Shown here: positions 1 through 12,669 of the stretch, piece by piece | Layout: each line of letters begins with the position of its first letter | Position numbering within the stretch: position 1 is the first letter of the stretch | Source of the DNA: Mobula hypostoma | Lineage: Eukaryota | NCBI RefSeq assembly: GCF_963921235.1 | Contig: NC_086097.1 | Coordinates: forward strand, 235,230,001 to 235,294,000 | DNA: 64,000 bases | Reading direction: 5' to 3' | The notes under the pieces: generated by a model | What the model was told of the DNA's origin: nothing | The model's input: the letters and a program-made list of their open reading frames with translations, nothing else | Databases searched by the model: none | Made by a program: the position numbers and the translations under genes

Positions 1-7
1 TTGTGTT

Positions 8-308
8 GGCACATAGCCAAGTGGTTAAGGCATCGGTCAAATGATTTGAAGGTTGCTAGTTTGAGCCTTGGCTGAGGCAGCGTGTGTGTGCCTGAGCAAG
101 GCACTTAACAACACGTTGATCTGCGACGACACCGGTGCCAAGCTGTATGGGTCCTAATGCCCTTCCCTTGGACAACATCGGTGGCGTGGAGAGGGGAGAC
201 TTACAGCATGGGAAACTGCTGGTTTTCCATACAACCTTGCCCACGCCTGCGCCCTGGAAACCTTCCAAGGCGCAAATCCATGGTCTCACGAGATTAATGG
301 ATGCCTAC
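8..308 (+). mobile_element. tRNA-derived SINE with RTE-like 3' tail
   Basis: A-box-like TAGCCAAGTGG and B-box-like GTTTGAGCC, then GAGCAAGGCACTTAAC. The 3' end CCATGGTCTCACGAGATTAATGGATGCCTAC resembles an RTE-type tail. Confidence 0.7.
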
Positions 309-364
309 ATTGTTCTGCCTGCTTTGATTTTTTAATTTTTAATTTTTTTTAATATTTGAGAAAT

Positions 365-1841
365 AAAGGCCCTTTCAGCCCAATGAGCCCAATTACATCT
401 ATGTGACCAATTATCCTACTAACTCATATGTTTTTGGAACGTAGGAGGAAACCTAAACACCCAGAAGAAGCACAAGCGGTCATGAGGAAAACATAGAAAT
501 TCCTAATAGACATAGAGCTGCTCCGGCCTCTGGTCAGGCCACACTTAGATCCCCTCCAGTTCGCCTACCAGCCCTGACTAGGAGTTGAGGATGCCATCAT
601 CTACCTGCTGAACCGTGTCTACGCCCACCTGGACAATCCAGCGAGCACTGTGAGGGTCATGTTTTTTGATTTCTCCAGTGCGTTCAACACCATCTGCCCT
701 GCTCTTCTGGGGGAGAAGCTGACAGCGATGCAGGTGGATGCTTCCCTGTTATCATGGATTCTTGATTACCTGACTGGCAGACCACAGTACGTGTGCTTGC
801 AACACTGTGTGTCCGACAGAGTGATCGGCAGCACTGGGGCTCCACAGGGGACTGTCTTGTCTCCCTTTCTCTTCACCATTTACACTTCGGACTTCAACTA
901 CTGCACAGAGTCTTGTCATCTTCAGAAGTTTTCGGATGACTCTGCCATAGTTGGATGCATCAGCAAGGGAGATGAGGCTGAGTACAGGGCTCCGGTAGGA
1001 AACTTTGTCACATGGTGTGAGCAGAATTATCTGCAGCTTAATGTAGAAAAGACTAAGGAGCTGGTGGTAGACCTGAGGAGAGCTAAGGTACCGGTGACCC
1101 CTGTTTTCATCCAGGGGGTCTGTGTGGACATGATGGAGGATTACAAATACCTGGGGATACCAATTGACAATAAACTGGACTGGTCAAAGAACACTGAGGC
1201 TGTCTACAAGAAGGGTCAGAGCCGTCTCTATTTCCTGAAGACTGAGGTCCTTTAACATCTGCCGGACGACGCTGAGGATGTTCTATGAGTCTGTGGTGGC
1301 CAGTGCTATCATGTTTGCTGTTGTGTGCTGGGGCAGCAGGCTGAGGGTAGCAGACACTAACAGAATCGACAAACTCAGGCCATTGATGTTGTGGGGATGG
1401 AACTGGACTCTCTGATGGTGGTGTCTGAAAAGAGGATGCTGTCTAAGTTGCATGCCATCTTGGACAATGTCTCCCATCCACTACATAATGTACTGGGTGG
1501 GCACAGGAGTACATTCAGCCAGAGACTCATTCCACCGAGATGCAGCACAGAGCGTCATAGGAAGTCATTCCTGCCTGTGGCCATCAAACTTTACAACTCC
1601 TTCCTTGGAGGGTCAGACACCCTGAGCCAATAGGCTGGTCCTGGACTTACTTTATAATTTACTGGCATAATTTACATATTACTATTTAACTATTTATGGT
1701 TTTATTACTATTTATTATTTATGGTGCAACTGTGACAAAAACCAGTTTCCCCCGGGATCAATAAAGTACTACTACTACTGCTAGGAATTGAACCTGGGTC
1801 ACTGGCACTGTAACAGCATTACGCTAATGACTACACTACAC
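365..1841 (-). mobile_element. V-SINE split by a Rex1 insertion (pieces ~365-512 and ~1779-1841)
   Basis: Reverse V-domain GGAGGAAACC..CACCC at ~445-510. The reverse tRNA head GGAATTGAACCTGGGTC resumes right after the LINE tail. Confidence 0.7.
513..1779 (+). mobile_element. Rex1/Babar LINE, 5'-truncated, RT pseudogene
   Basis: ORFs 650-1255 (FFDFSSAFNTI, GAPQGTVLSPFLF, KFSDD) and 1391-1633 (SHPLH, KSFLPVAIKLYN). One in-frame stop at ~575 and a frameshift near 1240. Tail is AATAAAG(TAC)n. Confidence 0.9.
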
Positions 1842-2304
1842 AGTTTTTTTGCATATTTCTATAAATATATGGTATTGCTGTGCAGGACACGATGAATTAA
1901 AATGCTTCATCTTTAATTCAGAGACGTGTGTACTACCGAGATGTAGGCATCTTGGAATTCCAGAAAAACAGCTTTTCCAGTCACTAAAAATTCAGGTGCT
2001 CTTTGTCGACAGACCCTTAAATAGACCAGCTGTAAACCAAATAGAAGATTTTTTTTCTTCCAAGCATGTATCAGCAGAAGATTTGTTACCTTTTAAATTG
2101 CTGCTGAAGCCTTTTAAATGTCCTGCTCATAAATCTACTGGAGCTGTGTGGATGGTGAATTATATATCAGGAACTTAACTGCATATGTAATCACATTTGA
2201 CCCCATAGCATCCATTGAAGTTAGAAGTATATCAATTAGGTAAGAGCAAAGGGTAATTTCCATATTTTCTTGTCATCTGCAAGTATAATTGAAGTGCCCA
2301 TTTA

Positions 2305-2716
2305 CACAGGATCGGAAAAAACTGCAGAAAGTTGTAAACTCAACCATCGTGGGCACCAGCCTCCCAAGCATTGAGGAGATCCTCAAAAGGCAGGATGCAT
2401 TATTAAGGACCCCCATCATCTGGGATATGTCTTCTTCTTATTTCTACCATTGAGGAGATACAGGAGTCTGAAGCCACATACTCAGTGTTTTAGGAACAGA
2501 TTCTTCCCAGTGCCATCAGGTTTCTGAGTGAACAATGAACCCAACTACACTAACTCACCTTTTTTTTTGACATTTTATGCTCTCCTTTTGCATGGCATTT
2601 AATTTTACATATACATTTCTTTGTGTAATTATAGATTTTTATGTATTGCAATGTACTGCTGCCACAAACAACATAGTTTATGACATACGTCAGTGATGTT
2701 AAACCTGATTCTGATT
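2305..2716 (+). mobile_element. Rex/Babar-type LINE 3' fragment
   Basis: Degenerate IIKDPHH...RRYRSL...FRNRFFP C-terminal motif, ending in TAAACCTGATTCTGATT. Confidence 0.7.
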
Positions 2717-2955
2717 ATTGAAAATAATCCTTATATTTATTCATGTTACGTATCAGATTCAGCTTCAGATTTACTACTGGCACATCGAAGCACGCAGTGA
2801 AATTGCGTTAACAATGAAAGATGTGCTGGGAGCAGCCCACGCACGTCGCTACACATTCTGGCACCAACATAGCATGTCCATAATGTTCAGCAGAACAACA
2901 CAAGCAGCGGCAACAACAACAGCAGCAACAAAACAAGCCCACTTACAAGCTCGTT

Positions 2956-2991
2956 AGTCCTGACGAAGGGTCTCGGACGGAAACGTCGACT
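2956..2991 (+). ncRNA. Minimal hammerhead ribozyme motif in a Penelope-type tail (stem II mutated)
   Basis: AGTC-CTGACGA-AGGGTCTCGGACG-GAAA-CGTC-GACT. Confidence 0.65.
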
Positions 2992-3336
2992 GTACCTCTT
3001 CCTAGAGATGCTGCCTGGCCTGCTGCGTTCACCAGCAACTTTTATGTGTGTTGCTTGAAATTCCAGCATCTGCAGAATTCCTCGTGTTTGCCATTTACCA
3101 CCTTCCCAACTCCCCACCAACTCACACACACAGACAGGACTCCAAACCCAGGACAATGTCTAATCATTTCATTACAAGTCCAAGTGCAAAATATTTTTTA
3201 AATAGACAATTATATGAAGAACAAATCAACTTCCCAGCTCTTGGCTTCATCCCTCCCCCTCCTGTCTTCTCCTATAATTTCGGGTCCCCCCCCCCCCCAC
3301 CAACTTTCAAATCTCTTACTATCTCTTTTTTCCGTT

Positions 3337-3372
3337 AGTCCTGACGAAGGGTCTCGACCCGAAATATCGACT
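3337..3372 (+). ncRNA. Minimal hammerhead ribozyme motif in a Penelope-type tail (~3232-3433)
   Basis: AGTC-CTGACGA-A-GGGT(CTCG)ACCC-GAAA-TATC-GACT, with stems I and II perfectly paired. Confidence 0.75.
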
Positions 3373-3537
3373 GTACTTCTTCCTACAGATGCTTCCTGGC
3401 CTGCTGCATTCCACCAGCATTTTGTGTGTGTTGATAAAATGAATGTGTGTCCTTAGTTTCCCGTATCTGTAATCCAATCATATGTGGGTTAATATTAAGA
3501 TACTATAGGAATCAAGGAGTATCCAAAACTGCAAGAA

Positions 3538-4650
3538 AATAGACAATAAACAATAGGTGCAGGAGTAGGCCATTCAACCCATCGAGCCAGCACCACCACT
3601 CACTGTGATCATGGCTGATCATCCACAATCAGTACCCTTTTCCTGCCTTCTCCCCATATCCCTTGACTCCGCTATCTTTAAGAGCTCTATCTCTTTCTTG
3701 AAAGAATCCAGAGAACTGGCCTCCACTGCCTTCTGAGGCAGAGCATTCCACAGAACCACAACCCTCTGTGTGAAAAAGTTTTTCCTCAACTCCATTCTAA
3801 ATTGTCTACCCCTTATTCTTAAACTGTGGTTCTGGACTCCCCCAACATCGGGAACATGTTTCCTGCCTCTAGCGTGTCCAATCCCTTAATAATCTTATAT
3901 GTTTCAATCAGATCCCCTCTCATCCTTCTAAATTCCAGTGTATACAAGCCCAGTCACTCCAATCTTTCAACATATGACAGTCCCGCCATCCCTGGAATTA
4001 ACCCACTGAACCTACGCTGCACTACCTTCCTAGCTAGAATGTCCTTCCTCAAATTTGGAGACCAAAACTGTACACAATACTCCAGGTGTGGTCTCACCAG
4101 GGCCCTGTACAACTGCAGAAGGACCTCTTTGCTCCTATACTCAACTCCCCTTGTTATGAAGGCCAACATGCCATTAGCTTTCTTCACTGCCTGCTGTACC
4201 TGCAAGCTTACTTTCAGTGACTGATGACGAGGACTCCTAGATCTCATTGTACTTCTCCTTTTCCTAACTTGACACCATTCAGAGAGTAATCCGCCTTCCT
4301 GTTCTTGCTACCAAAGTGGATAACCTCACATTTATCCACATTAAACTGCATCTGCCCACTCACCTAACCTGGCCAAGTCACCCTGCATTCTCATAACATC
4401 CTCCTCACATTTCACACTGCCACCCAGCTTTGTGTCATCTGCAAATTTGCTAATGTTACTTTTAATCCCTTCATTTAAATCATTAATGTATATTGTAAAT
4501 AGCTATGGTCCCAGCACCGAGCCTTGCGGTACCCCACTAGTCACTGCCTGCCATTCTGAAAAGGACCCATTAATCCCTACTCTTTGATTCCTGTCTGCCA
4601 ACAATTTGTTATGCATGTCAGTACCCTACCTCCAATACCATTTGCTCTAA
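3538..4650 (-). mobile_element. CR1 LINE 3' fragment
   Basis: ORF 3954-4247 (LYRALVRPHLEYCVQFWSP) and a CR1 3'UTR ending GGCCTACTCCTGCACCTA plus short repeats. Confidence 0.9.
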
Positions 4651-6146
4651 TTTTTAGAATTAAATGTAGCTCTAAAATGTAGCTAAGATAGAAGGTTCAA
4701 AGGTTCGAAGGTCCCATTTAATGTCAGAGAAATGTATACAATATACATCCTGAAATGCTTTTTCTTCACAAACGTCCACAAAAACAGAGGAGTGCCCCAA
4801 AGAATGAATGACAGTTAAATGTAAGAACCCCAATGTCCTCCCCCAGTTACCCTCCTCCTGCGCATAAGTGGCACTAAGCAACAAACCCCCCTCCCCCCAC
4901 CGGCAAATAATAGCATCAGTACCCACCACCAAGCACTCAAGCGTGAGTAAAGCAATAGCAAAGACATAGATTTGCAGTTACCCTAAAGACTTAGCGTTTC
5001 ACCCGGCATTGACAGACCACATGTTTTCTCTCTCCCTAATAATGGAGAAGGGGGTGTCTCCATTTTCCCCAGCAAGCGGGGAGACATAACAAACAACTCG
5101 CTGGTTTACGTTGTTAAAAGTCCATTACATTGCCTTTTCCAAGCTCTGTTCCCAAAGATCTCAAAGATCTCGGGTCTTCAGGCCCACAGCAGTAGATTTT
5201 CTGACTCCTCCGATGACACACGGGTCTCTGGCCATGATACTGACCCTCGATCCACCCGTCTCCAGAGCCCCGAGATCTTAGGCTTCCAAATTGGAGCCGG
5301 ACTCTCGGGCTGAACCCTTGGCGTGCTGATCAACGGCCAGTCCTGAAACCCTGAAATGGGTCCCATTCCCACAAAGAACCGAAATCAACATGTAACTCCA
5401 GATCAGGGTCTTCAAAAGAACCCTAAAAGGGAAAAATAAAGATATTAAAGATGGAAATAGGACATGTATGGTATTAATGATCAGAGGTGAAGGACTGATA
5501 TCCAAAGTAGCCAGTCCAGACTTAATCTCTTGAGTTCAGCACTTCGGTACCCCGTTAGATGCTGCATCTCGGTTTCATGAGTCTTGTCGAGAGTTTTCCT
5601 TCTCCTTGTTCTGGATTCACCTGCCTCTGCTCAGATTTGTACCTAAAAACTTACTTTTTTGAGCCTGATTTATGGCACTTTCCTGGTTTCCATAAATGCA
5701 TTCAATACTCTAAATATAGTCAAACTAAAGTTTGATCCAACTGCAACATGATTCCATGACTTTTATACACTCACTGCTCCGAATGATGAAGGGAATCATG
5801 TTGTACATCTTCTTTATCATCCTTTCCTCTTGTGCTGCCATTTTCAAAGAACTGTGGACTTGCAGCCAAAAATGTCTCCATGTATCTGTGATCCAAACAG
5901 TCCTCCCTTTTACTGCAACAGACACAAAATGCTGGGGTCTCGCCAGTGTAAAGTAGGCCACACCGGGGGCCCTGGTCGCTGTTTTCATTGTCCAAGGTCT
6001 GTGGGCATAACTAAGTTCAGCGTGATGGAATAATGCCCTCTCTGTTTGTATCCAATTATTCTCATGATTTGATAAGGAGAATGAGAAAAAAATGGCAGAT
6101 GGAATAACTTGAGAACAAGCAAAAGCAGACAACACGGCACTAATAC

Positions 6147-6350
6147 AGGGGCGGCACGGTAGCACAACACTTCACAGTAGAGGCAACCTGGGCTCAGTTC
6201 CTGCTGCTGCCTGTAAGGAGTGTGTATGTTCTTCCCTTTACTGTATGGGTTTCCTCCGAGTGTTCTGGTTTCCTCCCACAGTCAAAAGACCTACCAGTTG
6301 GTGGGATAATTGGTCTAGGATTAAATCAGGGGATTGCTGGGCCATGTGGC
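6147..6350 (+). mobile_element. V-SINE (tRNA-derived)
   Basis: V-domain GGGTTTCCTCCGAGTGTTCTGGTTTCCTCCCACAGTCAAAAGAC. Confidence 0.8.
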
Positions 6351-6464
6351 AGTAACTCAATCAATCAATAAGCAAACAAACAAACGAACGAACAAACGAA
6401 CGAATGAGAAATTACCCTCGGACAGTCGTGAAAAGGCAAAACAGTCTCCTGGCACCATGATAAG

Positions 6465-6628
6465 GACACAAGAGGTTCTACAGATGTTGAAAACCTTGAG
6501 TAACACACACCAAATGCTGGAGGAACTTAGCCAGTCAGGCAGCATCTTCAGAGGGGAATAAACGATCAAATTTTCTAGCCAAGACCCTTCATCGGGACTG
6601 GAAAAGAAGGGGATAGAAGCCAGAATGA
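6465..6628 (-). mobile_element. Penelope-type tail with degenerate hammerhead
   Basis: Reverse strand reads CAGTC-CCGATGA-AGGGTCTTGGCTA-GAAA, followed by GATGCTGCCTGACTGGCTAAGTTCCTCCAGCA. Confidence 0.7.
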
Positions 6629-7639
6629 CGGAGATGTGTCATCTGTTGAAGTCTACTTGCAGTTTTTCTAGCCAGAGAGCCTCCTTGGCTTTGGCTAAAA
6701 AGGTGACAACTGGAGAATAAGAGGTGATGTCAGGAATGTGCAGGTCAGAGACACGTTGTGTCTATGTAGATAGGTGGAATTGAGTGAAGTGGAAGGGAGG
6801 CAGCCATTCAGTTTTCTAAAGTGTCTGGGTTCCACACATGCTGAAGTGCTGTTGATGGCAGTCAGCAGCAATGTGTTGTCAACAACTACGCTGGAAAAAC
6901 AATTTGTTTCCTGAGCATCCAGAAAGTGAGTGTTGCTAGTCATTTCATTCTATGTGTCAATACAGAGAGATATGCAGAGGTAATTTAAATCAAACAATGT
7001 TTACATTTCACAATGGCACTGCAGTTGTTATTTAACAGAGAGACAATTATTTTCATAGCAGCAATTACTTGTTAATTCTAAGGAAAGCTAGGTTAAATGT
7101 TTAGCCTATGTGAGACGATCAGAAGGTATAAATCTGTATAAATCAGTCAGTGTTAAATATTACAGTTAAGAATTGCATAACTTCTAATATGTCAATGGAA
7201 ATTAATTTCAGTAACAGAGAAGCTCTTTAGCCATCACAGCATTGTGCTTTTTACATTCATGACTGCAGATGAATTTTGCTCCCTCAGACTTACACTACCC
7301 GGGAAATGATGCTGATTCATTCAGAGATTGGATGTCTGCTGTACTCTTTTCCATAGATGCTGCCTGGCCTGCTAAGTTCCTCCAACATGTTGTGTGTGTT
7401 GCTGATTCATTCAAGGATTGTATTCCATCAGTATCGTGATGGACAATTGAGTACACAAACATCGACTCACAGCAGTTTGTGGTTTTGTGCAGTGGCTGAT
7501 CGGAGATCCAAAGCGTGAGAAGACGTAGATCACTCACATTCACCGACAGAGTACATAAGGCATTGACTCACGGCAGTTTGGTGTGTGGCCAGTCAGAGAT
7601 CGGGTTTGATTGGCAAGACAAATTAAAATAAGGCAGAGA

Positions 7640-8375
7640 CAAGTAGGGCAACCATTGTTGGAGGAGCCATGATTGAAGTGGGCAGTGTTAAGAGTGGGAA
7701 TTTTAATGCTTTAGCTCTTCGAGGCTTCAGCGAGGTGAAGCTTCAGTCAGAGAAAGTGAAAAACTGTAGGTAGGTCTTTTCCCACAACTTATTTATTATT
7801 TTTCCTTTTTTATGTTTGCTTAGTGAGAACAGTAAAGATGCCAGGCAGGATGTGGGAAGGCAGGGAGACTTCCAGTGTCCCTGACAACTACACTAGTGAG
7901 AAGTGGCTGCCACTTGTAACATTCCCATTAAAGAGCTGGAGCTGGAGCTGGATGGACTCCAGTTCATTTGGGAGCTAACAGTGTGATAGGTAGGTCATAT
8001 AGAGAGGTAGTTACACCCAAGAAGCAGAATACAGAAAACTGGGTGACGGTCAGGAAGGGGAAAGGCTATAAACAGCCAGGGCGGAATGCCACTGTGGCTA
8101 TTCCCCTCAACAACAACATTTTGGATACTGTTGGGTGGGAATGACCTAACAAAGGAAGGTCACAGTGGTCGGGTCTCTGGCACCGAGTCTGGCTCTGTGA
8201 CACAGAAGGAGAAGAGGCGCACTATAGTGATAGGGGATCTGTTAGGAGAATGGACAGGAGGTTGTGCGGGTGAGAATGAGATTCCTGGATGGTATGTTGC
8301 CACATGGATTGAAGGGGGATGGGGACCAGAGAGCCAGAACAGATAGAGGAGAGGTTGTAGAGACAGATGTTGTCA
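7640..8375 (+). mobile_element. CR1 5' region / degenerate ORF1
   Basis: Similar to the ORF1 at 53220-54100 (GRVSGTESGS..., IVIGD motif). Confidence 0.65.
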
Positions 8376-8469
8376 ATTCTGGCTTCTGCCCCTTTCATTT
8401 CTAGTCCCGATGAAGAGTCTCAGCCTGAAATGTTAACTGCTTATTTCCCTCCACAAATGCTGTCCGATT

Positions 8470-9650
8470 AGACCACAAGACCATAAGACAAAGGAGCAGA
8501 AGTCATCCATTCGGCCCATCGAGTCTGCTCCACCATTTTATCACGAGCTGATCCATTCTCCCATTTAGACCCACTCCCCCACCTTCTCACCATAACCTTT
8601 GATGCCTTGGCTACTCAGATACCTATCAATCTTTGCCTTAAATACACCCAATGACTTGGCCTCCACTGCCGCCCATGGCAACAAATTCCATAGATTCACC
8701 ACCCTCTGGCTAAAAAAATTTTGTTCACATCTCTGTTCTGAATGGGCGCCCTTCAATCCTTAAGTCATGCCCTCTCGTACTAGACTCCCCCATCATGGGA
8801 AACAACTTTGCCACATCCACTCTGTCCATGCCTTTCAACATTTGAAATGTTTCTATGAGGTCTCCCCTCATTCTTCTAAGCTCCAAGGAATACAGTCCAA
8901 GACTGGACAAGTGTTCCTCATACGTTAACCCTCTCATTCCTGGAATCATTCTAGTGAATCTTCTCTGTACTCTCTCCAACGTCAGCACATCCTTTCTTAA
9001 AAAAGGAGGACCCAAACTGCCCACAGTACTCCAAGTGAGGTCTCACCAGCGCCTCATAGAGCCTCAACATCACATCCCTGCTCCTATACTCTATTCCTCT
9101 AGAAATGAATGCCAACATTGCATTCACCTTCTTCACCACCGACTCGACCTGGAGGTTAACCTTAAGGGTATCCTGCATGAGGACGCGCAAGTCCAGTTGC
9201 ATCTCAGAACTTTGAATTCTCTCCCCATTTAAATAATAGTCTGCCCGTTTATTACTTCTGCCAAAGTGCATAACCATACACTTTCTAACATTGTATTTTA
9301 TTTGCCACTTCTTTGCCCATTCTTCCAATCTATCCAAGTCTCTCTGCAGACTCTGTTTCCTCAGCACTACCGGCCCCTCCACCTATCTTCGTATCATCAG
9401 CAAACTTAGCCACAAAGCCATCTATTCCATAATCCAAATCGTTGATGTACAACGTAAAAAGAAGCGGCCCCAACGCGGACCCCTGTGGAACACCACTGGT
9501 GACTAGCAGCCAACCAGAATGGGATCCCTTTATTCCCACTCTCTGTTTCCTGCCAATTAACCAATGCCCTATCCACATATGTAACTTTCCCATAAATCCA
9601 TGGGCTCTTATCTTAAGTAGCCTCCTGTGTGGCATCTTGTCAAAGGCCTA
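8470..9650 (-). mobile_element. CR1 LINE 3' part, inserted into a Penelope-type tail (8378-8468 and 9656-9706)
   Basis: Frameshifted ORF2 pieces (SGVPQGSALGP, KFADDTK, RPHLEYC). The host tail sequence resumes as GCTGAGTTCCTGCAGCATTTTGTGTG. Confidence 0.9.
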
Positions 9651-9917
9651 CATTAGCTGAGTTCCTGCAGCATTTTGTGTGTGTTGCTCAAGATTTTCAG
9701 CATCTGTGTGTTCTCCTGTCACACAAGACGAACTTTGTATATGCTCATTGCATTTGCTAGGAAAAATCCTGGAACTTCCTGCCCAACCATATTGAGAGAG
9801 TACCTGTGACGGAGAGTGCTCGGTAAATGTACTCTGTATATACACACACACACACACACACACCATAGTGCTTTTATTCCACTCACTGTAGAATATTCCA
9901 TTTTAGTAATGGGGAGA

Positions 9918-10330
9918 TGTAAATGTCTATATATTGTTTGTATACTGTATTTAAGGTCGATACTTCTGTTTATTTTGTAATATGGTTGTAACTACATTGT
10001 GAGTGCATCATATTCTCATTTATGTGTAGTCTTAAGTTAACTTTGTGGGTAATTAAAGATGGTATGTCCTGGTGCCTAAAAGAATTGGTGGTTCACTCTT
10101 GGCAGAGAGAGATCAAAGCTGCCGGGAGTTCACACTAGACAAAAATAATATGGAGCTAATTATTGCATTTTCTGGTATATAGTATTTTGTAAGTATTGGC
10201 AGTTTTCTTTTTGGTATTTTCACTAATTTTTCTAAGTTTGATTTTTGATGCACTTAATTAACACCCTTGCATGAAAGTGCTAAGTGTCTCCAGCCATCTT
10301 ATCATCAGTCAAAACCGATATATCATAACA
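9918..10330 (+). mobile_element. LTR preceded by a polypurine tract; paralog at ~34803-35190
   Basis: GGGGAGA|TGTAAATG...TCATAACA. Shares long blocks (TGTATTTAAGGTCGATACTTCTGTTTATTTTGTAATATG) with 34803-35190. Confidence 0.6.
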
Positions 10331-12292
10331 GTACTTTCACCAGAAAGATTTCAGTGGTTTAAAAGCTGACTTACCAACACTTGCTCAAAGGCCTTTGACA
10401 ATGGACAATAAATACTTGTCTCTTTGGCTACACTCTGTTCTCTTGGCAATACAGAAAGGTCAGGACATGCACAAACAAGTTCCCCAATACAGAAAATTTT
10501 AGTTCAAAAGTTCAAAGATTCCTTTTTAATAACAGGGTATATATACTGTATACAACCTGAAATTCTTATACTTCACAGTTATGAATTTGTTAAACATTCA
10601 TTTCTGGAATCTATCTTTATTGCCAAATCATATACATTGCCTTTGTCTTTAATATTCACATTCTGTCTGCGACAATTTTTATTTATGATTTTTTTATATT
10701 TATGGAAATGAACAGTATTATTGAAAAACTTTGGTAGATAGAGTCTGACCACTTACTTCAAATGTAATTTCAAGTTATTAATTGTTCCAGTGACATCAGT
10801 AACACTTGCGTGATAGTATTTTACGAGCAGCATTTTTTATTATTGGATTTTGGATTAACAAAGCCCTTGACCTGACCCTCAGTGAAATGATTGCTCTGAG
10901 CCATTTCAGAATTTGCGGACAATATATCATTCCCCTGCTCTACTCTATATATCAAAATATCAGCAAAATGCTATTTCAAATACATCTTATCAATATGGCC
11001 AACATCAATCTGTTTCAAGGCTAAAGTAGTTTACGGCAGAATTAACTTCTGGAGGAGATATTAATCAATTTATAAGCAGAATGGGTGTCAAGGTCAAGGT
11101 GATATTTCTTTTGGCTATGCCTGTGCAGCACAAAGGTTAAATAATAAAAAATGGCTTATCAAAAGGAACCTCGAACAGATGTCAAAAGTGTGAATATGTT
11201 TTGGAAAACAGTAATTTTAAATTAAAAAAAGCTCCACTATGTGTCTTTAAGGTCACAAAAAAATGTACAATTTCCCTCAGATTTCAATTGTTACTGTCTA
11301 ATGTGAAAGTGAATTAATTTACTTTCATATGTCACCATTTTATTCTCAGGGCACCGTGGAAGTTCTTCACTATGTGTCAACTGTGGTAGCACTCACACGG
11401 ACAAACATTCAAGCTCTCTAACAGTTGTGACAGCTGATTCACCTGGGGGACGGCCAGTGAGTGATTTCTACGGGCAGAGCTGCTTTAAGTCCTGTCATAG
11501 GATGGCATATTTCAGAATTGAGGTTATAACTTAACAGTTATAGCAAATCACAGATTGAGGCCTAGTGATCGGGATTCCATCAATGGTGAGTCTGGAGTTC
11601 GAGTCGTCATCCAGGGTGCTCATTCTTTGTCATGGAGAATCCTATGTTGATACCAAAGTTTGATGCCTTAAAAGTTCATACGGAATCCTAAAGGTTGATT
11701 GGAAGTCCATAAGCCAAGGCCTGATAACTGGAGCCGTGGGCTACAAATCTCTACGAGTCCATTGAGAAAGTTGAAGGCCCAGTGTCTACAAATCCAGAAG
11801 TCCACTGGAGGCTGGAAGCAAAAAATGGTCTGCCCTAAGGTTAAAGGATTGCGTATGTGTGTGGCTGAGTTGGTGGGAGAAAATAGGCTTCTGTTGTTTT
11901 TTTTTCACTTGGTATGTTTGGTTTGTTCCATTCTGTTGAGTGAGATGGGCATGCGATGTTGATGACATTTGCAAGCTTCCCCTAGCACATCCTTGATGCA
12001 CTTCACTGTATGTTTCCATGTACATGTCATAAACAAAGCTGAATCTGAATCTGGCATGGCAAACTATCATGGAAGAGATACAGAGATCAGTCATCTGCCT
12101 TTGCATTTGTAATAAAATAAATTTCAGTACTAAATAAAGAGTTTTACTACTTTCAATGCCAATGTCTTTTGCTCAGGCCTATGTTGATGTTTTGCTCTTC
12201 ATGATGAAGGCCTACCATATTTAATGCTTATTTATAAAATACAGTATATACTGGTAATTTTCAGTTATGTTTAAGAGAATATCCATAATTAA

Positions 12293-12664
12293 GTTCATCA
12301 TTATTATGTGCCATGTCATATGATGTAGGCAATTATGGTTCATGACCATGGTTGTTCTTGGCAAATTTTTCTGCAGAAGTGGTTTACCATTGACTTCCTC
12401 TGGGCAGTGTTTTTACAAATCAGGTGACCAGAACCATTTTCAATACTCTCCAAAGCTTGCCTGCCTGGCATCGATGGTTGCTTAACCAGGACTTACATTG
12501 TGCACCAGCTGCTCAGACGACCATCCACCACCTGCTCCGATGGCTTCACGTGACCCTGATCGGGGTCTAAGCAGGTGCTACACCCTTGCCAAAAGGAGAC
12601 CTGCAGACAATGGAGGAAAAGAGTGCCTCCTTTGGTAGAGATGTATCTCCACCCCGCCACCCAA
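12293..12664 (-). mobile_element. Non-autonomous SINE-like element with RTE/BovB-type 3' tail
   Basis: Reverse strand GAAGTCAATGGTAAACCACTTCTG...TTTGCCAAGAACAACCATGG resembles a BovB-like tail. The 5' end is G-rich (GGGTGGCGGGGTGG). Confidence 0.6.
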
Positions 12665-12669
12665 TAATA

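Noticed and set aside
8..80. Possible tRNA gene
   Set aside because: The B box is degenerate, there is no clean cloverleaf, and it continues into SINE body and tail.
1849..2178. 109-aa ORF in unique sequence
   Set aside because: Non-ATG start, no recognisable homology and no convincing splice pair.
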